DNA of 33,000 nucleotides, taken from NCBI GenBank assembly GCA_013265495.1, contig MU060486.1, positions 62,001 to 95,000 of the forward strand, in the 5' to 3' direction. Made by a program: the position numbers and the translations under genes. Positions within the stretch are counted from its first letter, which is position 1, and every line of letters starts with the position of its first letter. Origin of the DNA: Vicugna vicugna. Taxonomy: Eukaryota. Shown piece by piece: positions 1 through 9,276 of the stretch. Under the pieces are notes generated by a model. That model saw only the letters and a list, made by a program, of their open reading frames with translations, did no database searches and was not told the origin of the DNA.

Positions 1-917
1 GGAGCTGGCTGCTTTGCTGGGAGAGGCTTCAGCAGCGGCAATGCCAGAGACAGGCAGGGAACATGGGCACCCAGTGCCTTTGATGGGCTGTACTCGAGGA
101 CCCCCTCATCTTGTCCCCGGAAGTCCCAGGAGGCGGGCGTGTGAGCAGGAAGCAGGTCTGGGGTGGCACATCCTCTGTGTGGTCGCAGGTGTGAGCGGAG
201 AGCCTGGCCCTGCCCCCCATGCCCCGGGACTAGCACTTCCTGGGCAGAGGATGGACCTCAGAGAGTGCACTGACTCCCTCAGATGCAGACTCTCCTCCAC
301 ATGGGCCAGGGGGTCCGCTTTGCCCTTAAACTTCAGATGAGATTACACGTTTCACCTGGCATCACACATAAGCCTTTGACCTGGGAGCCTGGAGGAGCTG
401 AGGCCACAGAGGTGAAGGCGTCACAGAAGAAGCCCCGGTGCCCTGCCGTCTCCCCTCGCTGTGTCGGTGGCCCCTCCTTCCAGCCCCTCCATTCCAGGCT
501 CACAACATTATTTACTATGACTGGAGAAGATCATAAGGAAAGTCAATCTTCCTCAAGCACGAAAGCGTTTTCCATCTGCTCTCTGACTTGTGCAGATGAC
601 AGACCACGCCCCCACCAGCCTGTCCTGGGTCCCCCACCCCAGGCAAGTGACCTTGGGCTCTGAACAGTCAGCCCTCAAGGCCCAGCAGGGAAGTCGGGGC
701 TGCTGGCAGGAGCTGCTAAGAATGAAATAGTATTCAGGTTCCAAATCTCCAGGGTGTTCAGTTCTAAATTTTGTCCTTCAGCCTTAGAAATCAGACCAGT
801 CTAGACAACAGTTTAGTATGCGGCAGCTACTCGTGGGCTCTGGGAAGATAATGTCACATGGGCCCTGGGAACAGACAGGACTGGGGTCAAGAGGCAGCTC
901 GGTGTCCTGCCACATGA

Positions 918-1043
918 CCTTCACAACAACCTTTTGGAGTGGGGCCCACTGTCCCATTTCACAGATGAGAAGACTTAAGGTTTAGGACAAGAGATAGGAG
1001 TTTGCCTAAGCAAGGGTCAAGACGGTGATGCTGGCCTGAACCA
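918..1043 (-). mobile_element. MIR SINE fragment (core region)
   Basis: ccttcacaacaacc...cccatttcacagatgagaagacttaagg...tttgcctaag...cctgaacc matches the antisense MIR core (tcctcacaacaaccct...cccattttacagatgaggaaactgagg...cttgcccaagg) as recalled. Confidence 0.75.
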
Positions 1044-1145
1044 GCCAGCCCAGTTCCCACGTACGCCCTCCCACCTGCTCTTAGGGACACCCAGGGGAGC
1101 CCCTAAGGTTGAGGGGGTGGATTCCATCCTGCTCTGCCACCCTGG

Positions 1146-1240
1146 GCTGTCTGTCCTTGGGCCAGCTGATTACCCACTCTGTGCCTCACTTTCCCTGTGT
1201 GAAATGAGGATGGTAACACCATCCGCTCCTCAGGGCTCTG
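1146..1240 (+). mobile_element. MIR SINE fragment (core region)
   Basis: ccttgggccagctgattacccactctgtgcctcactttccctgtgtgaaatgaggatggtaac resembles the sense MIR core (ccttgggcaagttacttaacctctctgtgcctcagtttcctcatctgtaaaatggggataat). Confidence 0.75.
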
Positions 1241-2371
1241 CGTTCGGCCCTTGCTAGCCTGGCTCAGGCGCTACCCTCGCCAGCGTGCCCTGTGCCGCCT
1301 CCTCACTGCACACAGCAACATCACCCAGGTCAGGGCCTGGTGTGCTGACCCCTCAGCTGCCCCAGGGAACTGGGTGTCGGGCACATCAGCCTGTCTTCTC
1401 AGAGGGAGTCTGAGCACCTCCTAAGCAGAGGGCTGCTCGGGGCAGCCTTCTGGGGACAGAGGGAGTCCCCCAGAACTATTTGCTCACCATGTGTCACTGC
1501 AATTACTGTCCTCCTCGGAAAAAAAAATCCCATCCTCTCCCAGCTCCGGTCCCCAGTCTCCAGCCTGATTTGAGCCAGTCTGGGCGGCAGCACCTGCCAG
1601 CTCCGGAGAGTGAAGGGACTCCCACCCAGAGGAGAAAGGGACGCCAGGCCTTAGGCAGCAGACTGGCTTTTCTCACCTGCTTAACCAGGGCGGGGAACTG
1701 GCCGAGCATTGACAGTCCCTCAGTGGGGTCTCTGATCTGGGAGGCTGGCAGGGCCCGGGGTGGTAGCAAGACCAGGAAGGGTGACATTTATTTAGGAGGA
1801 CAGACCTGGGCAGTGACCTCGTGTGCGGTCTGTTCTCACCCGGCCTCAAACTTTTGCTTCAAGATTCATCAGAGCCGACGTGAGAAAAGTACCAGAATAA
1901 AAACGGGCCCCCACTGGATTTCCTGAAGGCAGGATCAGCCCTGGAGAGGCCCAGATGCCGGCTTTTTTCAGTTGTTACGTCTGAGCTGAGCCCCAGCTGA
2001 TGGGGACCAGCCAGGGACTTGCCCCTTCTGACGGCCAGTCGTCACTCGTTCATTCCAATGTTAGAAGAGTCTCGCAAATACCAGCCACATGGTTATGATG
2101 TAATGACTTCCTCTCCAAAGACCACAGGGACTAACAGAAAGAAAACAAAAGACACAATTGGGCACCAGTGGTTTGGAGAATGCTGGCCCGCAAACTCTGT
2201 GGCCCTCTTCTCATCCACCTGCTCCTTCCCCATAAGTTGGGGACACGGTGAAGGAGGACAAAGTGCAGTGAGACCCAGGGAACTGGGGGTTGGGGGCAGG
2301 TTCACTATGGAAGGGGAGCCTATCCCAACTAATACTGCTGTCTGGGCTGCTAACTGTCCAGGGAAGAAAAA

Positions 2372-2460
2372 GGACCCTCAGTGAGGTTACGTGACTCGCC
2401 CAAGGACACAGAGCTCCAGAGTGAAACCTCCAAAGCTTGAACCGTGTCTCCTGACTCAGA
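2372..2460 (-). mobile_element. MIR SINE fragment
   Basis: ctcagtgaggttacgtgactcgcccaaggacacagagc...ttgaacc...ctgactc follows antisense MIR (ctcagagaggttaagtgacttgcccaaggtcacacagc...ttgaaccc...ctgactcc). Confidence 0.7.
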
Positions 2461-3058
2461 TCTGGGCGCCGTCCCAAACTGCTTCTCAGGACCGACGGTC
2501 CAGTGCATCTTCTGTAAAGCAGCTGCGCTTGCTGGGGAGTAGGCGGGGCCCTGCAGAGCCTCCCCGACCTTCCATCCCATCCTGGAAGTCACGGCGGTGG
2601 TGCCGGGCAGGGAACCCCTCAGCCCACCCAGGCCTCCAGGTCCGAAAGGGTTCCGTAAGGAGGGATGACCCTGAGACCAGTGGTCCTGCTGTAGGCCAGG
2701 TGAGGGCCTGGCAAGGACGATGCCCCCGTATCTCGCGGACCCAGAAACTGGGCAGAGGTTCACCTGGCCAGGTCCTAATTTGCACACGGTAATTTTGCCC
2801 CGAGAAGCCCGCCAGCTAATTGCTTCTGCTATTTCTGGACCCTGCCCCTCCTGATCTGTCCTCCTGCTGGAGACGGAAATAGCCTGGCACTTGGAGGGTA
2901 ATTATCCTGGGGACCTCGGCGTCAGCAGACGCTCAGCAGTGAGATCCATCCCTGACTCAGCACGAGGTTTCAGTGCTGGAACCACGGGGCTGGGGTGAGG
3001 TGGGCTTAGCCCCGGCTGGGGGAGACCCTGGGTTCCAGAGCTGCCTGTCCCCCACCCC

Positions 3059-3190
3059 TAGAGTGAGGCTGATTCAGATCCCCCTTCTCCTATAGTGAAC
3101 CTGACTTGGGACTCAGGGACCCCCTCCTCTTATAGTGAACTTGACTCAGAATCCCCCCTCCTCTAGTGAACCTGACTCAGGGCCCCTCTT
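3059..3190. repeat. Degenerate tandem repeat, about 4 copies of a 30-40 bp unit (tagtgaacctgactcag...cccctcctc)
   Basis: tagtgaac recurs at 3093, 3133 and 3164, with a weaker first copy at about 3059. Each unit is followed by (t/g)gactcag or tgattcag and a cccc-tcctc run. Confidence 0.8.
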
Positions 3191-4527
3191 GCTCCAAACC
3201 CAGCTCCCCCTATCTCGTGCTCCCGAGTCTGGAAGGCAGCCGTGTGCCAGCCTGCTCCACCCCCAGATTCCCTTCTAGGGCCCATCAGGGGGAAAGCAGA
3301 ACTACCTCCTCGCTCCCACTCCCACTCCTGCTCCCTCTTTCGTGGGGCAGAGAGGCCAGGGTCAGGGCTAGGGCGGCAGAGTTCTGCCGGGACAGCTGTG
3401 TGGGCTCAGGCTGACCCCTGGCCCATCTGAGCTCCAGTCCCCATGCAGAGGTGGGGTGTCACCAGGACAGTCCTGGCCCCTCTTCCCAGCCATGTCGGTG
3501 TCCCCCCACCCTGTCTTCCCCTCCTCCCTGGAAATCAACACCCCTCACCGAGACTCGTGCCTGAGAAAGTGGTCTCTGTGCCCCAGCACCCCTGTCCCAG
3601 GACGCAGGCCCATGTGTCTAACCCCAGCTCCTGCTCCCTGGCACCTCTGGACCCACAAGCCTTTCAGCTGGTGGGGCTCCCGCTAGGGAAACAGGTGTGA
3701 GTGCAGATTCCTGCATCCTCAGGGTCTCCTGTGTTTTAATTTGCCTGGTAACCTTATGGCCCATTTTTGGTCTGCCTTTAAATCTCTGATCCAGTTGGAG
3801 TGACTGGAGATTCAGACGCCCACTAGACACCGACTAACGTGTACAGTTACGTGGATGCAACTGCGATTCCCTCAGACTTGCTTTATTGTTGCAACTCAAC
3901 TGTGCGCGTGCCTGAGCGGCCCCGGGCTTTGTCGTTTCTGCCAACTGTGAAGTGCGGCGCTTCTGAGAGAACCTCCTGGACCCTATCTGCACATCCTTCC
4001 TGAGGGTGGCACACTGCTGGGGAGTCCCTCCCGCCCTCACCCAGTTCCTTCCTCCACACCCCAGCCTCGCTGGGGACCATTAGAGACGCCCAGCTCCCCC
4101 ATCTGCCTGCCCCACCCAGCTGCACCACCTGCTGACCAACCAGCGCCTCTCCAGCCCCGTCCCCACACCCAGACCTGGCTGCCGTGTTCACCCCTCTGCT
4201 CAGTTTCTGGGGGTGTCTTGAGGGAAACGACACGGGCTCAGGAGAGCACTGCAGTGCGGGAGCTGCTCAGCCTGGAGACCTCGGCCCCAGTCCCACGTTC
4301 AGCGCTGCCCTCACAGGGGCTCAACGACCCTGGGGGCACCAGTGGGCAGTGGAGCCCCGTTCCCATGACTCCCGGGGGCCAGGACTCAGCCAGAGGGGAG
4401 TCTGTGGGGCCAGCAGGAAACGTGCCTGGTCTCCCAGGCCTGTGGGTCCCCTGGTCACAGCCGAGCCTGGGAGGCAGGCAGGTGGAGGCCTCTGTGGCGT
4501 CCTGGGAAGGCCTGGGCCCCCTTCCTT

Positions 4528-4600
4528 GTTCATTTATTTACTCATTTTTTCATTCATTCAACAGGTGCTTCTTCACCTCCACCCCCAGCCCAGCTCAGGC
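4528..4600 (-). mobile_element. L2 LINE 3' tail fragment
   Basis: ttcatttatttactcattttttcattcattcaacagg is the antisense L2 tail (cattcattcaacaaatatttattgagcacc). The right boundary is uncertain. Confidence 0.6.
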
Positions 4601-5544
4601 CCAGCGGCAGGAAAGGGAACACTCAGCAGAGAGTGGCCCAGCCATCCGCTCACCTGGGCCCCAGACAGTGTCCCCTCTGGCCTTTCTGTTCACCTGCAAA
4701 CGTCAGGTGGGCCTGTGCCCTGCCCTCTGGGGCCAAAGTCGCCCCCTTCTGCCCTGCTGGGTCTGGACTGAGTTCTCCTCGGCCCGCTCATGGTACCAGG
4801 GACGAAAGGGGATGCTCTCAGGCACTGGTGGCCGCAGGAACAGCCGAGGACCCCCGGCCTCCTCCCTCCTCCCCAGGGCAGCAGCTTTCCTGGCTCCATG
4901 TCAGCCTTCAGAACCTGGGAATCTGGGCCGGACAACAAACCGGGCAGAGGGCTCTGCTGTTGGGCCCTCACCCCATCCTCCTGCCTCTCCCTCTGCAATG
5001 GAGGTGCCCACGGGTGCGGGACCAGCAGGTGTCCGACCTCGCGTGTCCATTTAATGCACTGAATAAAACATTCTTCACAGATTAACTGAGCAGTTTTAAG
5101 TGAACGACCATTTTCCTCTGTTTTAATTTTTCATGGGCACTTTTCTGGAGAACAAGTACACGGTTAATAATTGAGGGAATGAGACTGTGTTAATCTCTCT
5201 GTATTTTAATGAGATCCTGCTATGCCCTAGCATATATGCTTAAAGCTGCTCCACTTTCCAAGTTCTTTCCTTGGAGGTGAGTCCTGGTGGGGCAGGCGGG
5301 TGATGAGGGATGGGCATCCTTCCTGTCTGAAAGAGCACCAGAAGCTGGTCGTAGGGTTCAGGATGGAATCAGGGGTCCCTGAGTCAGCACCGGGTTGGCA
5401 GGGGAACAGAACAGCAACAGGGCCCAGCACCCCAGCGCCAGCAGGAGCCACGGGGGATATGGGGCCACCAGACTGCTGCAGAGGCTCGGCTGATGGTCCA
5501 ATGGGCAGGAAGAGAGAATCCCGTGTGGAGTAACCAGATCTGGT

Positions 5545-5595
5545 GGGGAGGAGCACCTGGGGGGAGGAGCACCCGAGGGGAGGAGCATCTGGGAG
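5545..5595. repeat. Short tandem repeat, 3 copies of ggggaggagca(c/t)c
   Basis: ggggaggagcacc at 5545, ggggaggagcacc at 5561 and ggggaggagcatc at 5577, a period of 16 bp. Confidence 0.85.
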
Positions 5596-6024
5596 GGATG
5601 GATGCAAGAATCTGCATTTGCACCTGGTTCCCTAGAGGAAGCCTCATGCTCCCCACCTCCCTGCACCCCATCCCAATGTCCGCTCTAAGCCTGAGCGTCC
5701 TCCCAGCTCACAACACCCCAAGGAAGTGATAGTAGCACCATCCCCACACAGACAGGAGGGAAGTGAGGCTGAGACAGTGGAGCCACCTGCAACACCAGCA
5801 GCACAGCCAAGATGGGGAAGCAGTTCTGACGTTAAAATCACACTTTCACCTCCACGCAGTGCTGGGAAGGTGATCTGCCTCCACCTGCCGGGCTCAAGTC
5901 TCTCCTCCCTGCTTCTGAGCCTGGCCTCCCCGCTCCCAACCCCGGGAGTGACCTCCTGTCTGTCCACCCCACACAGCTCCCTCCCACCTGCCCTGGCTGA
6001 GCTCCCTACTCTGGCCTGGCCCGT

Positions 6025-6100
6025 TAGACATGCGGTGGTGCTCAGCGGTGTCTGGTACGTAGGAGGTCTTCAATAAACCCTTGCCGAATGAGTATGCATG
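6025..6100 (+). mobile_element. L2 LINE 3' end
   Basis: gtgctcagcggtgtctggtacgtaggaggtcttcaataaacccttgccgaatgagtatg matches the L2 tail (cctagcacagtgcctggcacatagtaggtgctcaataaatatttgttgaatgaatg). Confidence 0.7.
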
Positions 6101-6206
6101 TGTGAGCACAACGCGGCGTCTCCAGGGACACAAGCAGCTGAGCCCACTACCACAGCCATGGGTGGTGTGTGCAAGGTGTGTGGTATGTGCAACGTGGGTG
6201 GTGGGT

Positions 6207-6360
6207 GGTGGTTGCTAGCTCCCAGCTCAGGGTCTCGGAGTCAGAGTCACCAGGCTCCCTTATGAATGCAGATTCCTGGGCCCACAGATCTGCTCACCTC
6301 GTTTTGGGATGGGGTCTGAGAGGCACCTGCTGGTTGATTCCAGCACCTGGATCCCATGGC
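6207..6360. mobile_element. MER5A-like non-autonomous hAT-Charlie DNA transposon remnant
   Basis: gtggttgct...tcagagtcacc...aatgcagattcctgggccc...gggatggggtctgag resembles MER5A (cagtggttctc...tcagaatcacc...aaatgcagattcctgggccccac...ctggggtggggcccgag). Confidence 0.6.
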
Positions 6361-6769
6361 AGGGGGACAGCGTTGGGCCCTGACACCCACACCTGCGTGA
6401 TGATCTTCGACCACCTGCTTCCCTGTGGTTTTCAGTTTCCGCAGCTGCCATCTCCATAGGTTCTTAACTTCACTGACATAATTTCAACTCTAAGGCCCCA
6501 GTCACCTTGCCCAAGAACTGTGTGCTGAGATGGGGCAGGGCCTATTTGGGGAGCCCAATGGGGAGTGACCTACCCCAGACCAAGACCCTACTCTTACTCA
6601 GATGCCCCAGCTGGACCGACAGACAGACGGACGGTCACAATTCTTGACCTTTTCTGGACACACCTGCTCTTCCCTGCACATCCGCTGCCCCTGGAGTTCA
6701 GAGGAGAAACTGGCATTCACAGGAAGGACCTCATGTAGAGTAACTCTAGTTCCCTTCGTGTCCAACTGC

Positions 6770-6835
6770 AGTCCAGTGAGATGGGCCTCACTACCCCCAT
6801 TTAATGGAGGAGGACTTGGAGGCTTGGGCGGGTTA
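6770..6835 (-). mobile_element. MIR SINE fragment (short, diverged)
   Basis: cagtgagatgggcctcactacccccatttaatggaggaggacttggaggctt resembles antisense MIR (ctgtgaggtaggtactattatccccattttacagatgaggaaactgaggct). Confidence 0.45.
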
Positions 6836-7880
6836 ATTCTGGGTCTGAGGCAAGGAACTGCCCCTCCCACCGCTCCATGCCACCCCTACCCTGGTCCTAC
6901 ACAGCCTCCTGCCCGAGGCCCCCCGACTACGGGAAACAGCACCTCTCCTCCCCTCTCCGCGCCTCTGTCCAGCCTTTTCCTCCTTAAATGAACTGACTCA
7001 CCACCAACGGATGAAGCTTTTGGATGCCAGCCCTGGGTCCTCAACGCAGCTCTGTCCCCAAACCGGGAGGAGGCTGACCCCAAGCGAACGGTGCTCACAG
7101 GACTGCCCTCCTGAGCGGGACGCGAGGTGTCTCGTCAGCTTTTCTCTCCTGGCTCCTCCACTGCATCTCCTTTGTCCCCTGGCCCAGGAGGGACGGCACC
7201 CAGATGCCCTGCACAGGCTCACTCGGCCCAGGCCCGAGGGAACCGGGCCCCGAGACGGGCGGTGGGGATCCCTCAGGCTCGTCCACGTTTCTCGTTTAGA
7301 ATGGCAGCGAGTGGCTTGTGATGACTTTACTCGGGGGTAGATTACAGGAATCAAGGTTTCCTCATCGTGGGCTTGAGCTCTTCCCCCGTATACTGTACAG
7401 AGAATCACAGGCCATGAAAACACAGGCTCAGAGATCCAGCAGTTGAATCCAGAGTTGGTTCCACACAAAATGTGCTGAAATGTCCGTCAGAGCCCCACAC
7501 CTGGCCACGGAAGGGAAGCATGGCAGGCCTTTCCAGCGACCAGGTCGGCAGGAAGAGAGGACGTCTAGCCGTGGACGCCAAAAGGAAGGGTAGCTCCCCA
7601 AGCGGTTGGTGGCCTCGCCCGCCCCAGGCCCTTGTGTGTCTCACATTTGCCATGTTCGTTTCCACTAACAGCTCTGCAAACTGCACCGTCAGCAAAAGCC
7701 CTGGGTGCTAACAAACAGCCCCACGAGCAAAGCCCGGTGGAGGATTCAGGCACCCCTGATGAAAGGCCAACCCCTGGCATCTCCACCCATTTCCACCACT
7801 AGAGGAGTGTCTCTCCTGAGGCCCAGCTAAAGGCCCAGGGACTAGCCCTCTGTCTCAGCCGCCTGGGGCTCCAGAAATTC

Positions 7881-8035
7881 AGAGCCAGAAGACCTGAGGC
7901 TCTGATGCCTACCAGGTGTGTGACCTTGCTAAACTCCCTTAAACCCTGGGACTCAATTTCCTCACCTGTAAAATGGGAACAGTAATAGTCCCTCCTTCAC
8001 AGGGTTGTTGGAAGCATCAAATGAGGTGATTTGTG
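7881..8035 (+). mobile_element. MIR SINE fragment
   Basis: agagccagaagacctg...tgtgtgaccttg...ctcaatttcctcacctgtaaaatggg...cacagggttgttg...atcaaatgagg gives a long collinear match to the MIR consensus. Confidence 0.85.
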
Positions 8036-8976
8036 TCATTAGCAAAGTGACAGCCCGAAATAATGACTCAAGAACAGGACAGTGACTGTCGTTGTCTGTC
8101 ACACATCCCTGGTCATGCTGACTCAGCCCACGGTCTGGGGGTTGTGAGGCTCCAAACCGATGAAAATGCAGGTGTTGGGGCTGTCATCAGTGTCACCCCT
8201 GAGCCCCCTTTCCTATTCCCTGAGGTCAGATGCCCCCTCCACTGTGTTCTGTCTGCCTTCTGTTCCCACCTTTGCTCTGACTCCTCCCCTGGGTTCTAGT
8301 CCCGAGTCCGGGAACCCCCTTCCCCCACACGCCCCTAGCACTTTCCTGGATGCAGGGAAGGGACGTGGGAGGGCGGGCCATTGTGACAAAGTGACCCATA
8401 ACCCAGCTGTGTCCTAATGGTTGCTGGGTCCAGACAGGATCAAACAACAATGTGACCACAGGGACCACTTAGGGAGCCCAGGCCAGGGGGACAAGGAGGA
8501 CCACGTCGTGGGCTCAGTCTCCGCCAGACCAGCGCCAAGGGGCAGGACTCATCAGCCAGGGAGGCGGAGGGAACTTTGGCTGAGTCTCAGAATAAAGAGC
8601 TGAGCACACTGCACAGGCCCTCTGGAGACTCATGCCCGCGTGCAGCCTGCAGTTTGGAGGTGGTTCCTGTGGTCAGCCACAATTTGGTGGAGATGAGTCA
8701 GTGTGGGATTTGTTCTCAGAGCCTGGCTGTCTGCTGATGGGTAGCATGATGAAATGAGAGACATAAACTGTCACCTTTTGCAATCAAAGATGCTGTCAGC
8801 GGCAGTTACTTGCTGGCTGGGGGAGGAGGACCAAGAGGGACCCACTCCAGCAGGTTCCAGTCCATCTGGCTGGCCTCCCAGGGGACTCAGATGAGTATCC
8901 ACCTGTGCTTTATTGGGCAGAGCATCGGCCAGGAGCAATGGCTCTGCAGTGGCCTGGCTCACCCCCGCACTCCCCG

Positions 8977-9095
8977 GCTGCATGGCCTCGGGCAAGTTAC
9001 TGAACCGCTCTGAGCATCAATTTCTTCACCAGTAAAATGAATTTAATAGTAATACCTACTTCCTAAGACTGTTGGTGTAAGAAATAAGTGCATGG
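8977..9095 (+). mobile_element. MIR SINE fragment
   Basis: gctgcatggcctcgggcaagttactgaaccgctctgagcatcaatttcttcaccagtaaaatg...aatagtaatacctacttcctaagactgttg is a collinear MIR core. Confidence 0.85.
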
Positions 9096-9177
9096 TTATC
9101 TATGGGTGCAAATATCCCAGCTCACAAGCCAACCCAATAATGAAATTTGTTATCCCGCAAAACAAACCATGAGGAGT

Positions 9178-9276
9178 GGGGGAAGGTAATAGCTCAATGG
9201 TAGACCACATGCTTAGCATGCATGAGGTCCTGGGTTCAATCCCCAGTGCCTCCATTAAGATTGATAAAACCTAATT
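9178..9276 (+). mobile_element. tRNA-Ala(AGC)-derived SINE, resembling the camelid Vic-1 family; 3' end truncated or atypical
   Basis: The head is nearly identical to mammalian tRNA-Ala-AGC. It has an A box (tagctcaatgg), an anticodon arm catgc-TTAGCAT-gcatg (9208-9224), a T arm ctggg-TTCAATC-cccag (9230-9246, B box) and ends cctcca, followed by ttaag...aaaacctaatt as I recall for camelid SINE tails. The D and acceptor stems are disrupted. Confidence 0.8.

Noticed and set aside
4218-5054. 278-aa ORF and overlapping 195-aa ORF (4184-4771)
   Set aside because: Both read through an L2 tail (translated as FIYSFFHSFN), have low-complexity GC-driven composition and show no recognisable domain.
6070-6076. 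AATAAA as a gene poly(A) signal
   Set aside because: It is part of the L2 3' tail consensus.
9178-9254. Functional tRNA-Ala(AGC) gene
   Set aside because: The D stem (GCTC/GACC) and acceptor stem are mispaired, there is an extra base before the D arm, and a SINE-type tail follows. It is better explained as a tRNA-derived SINE.
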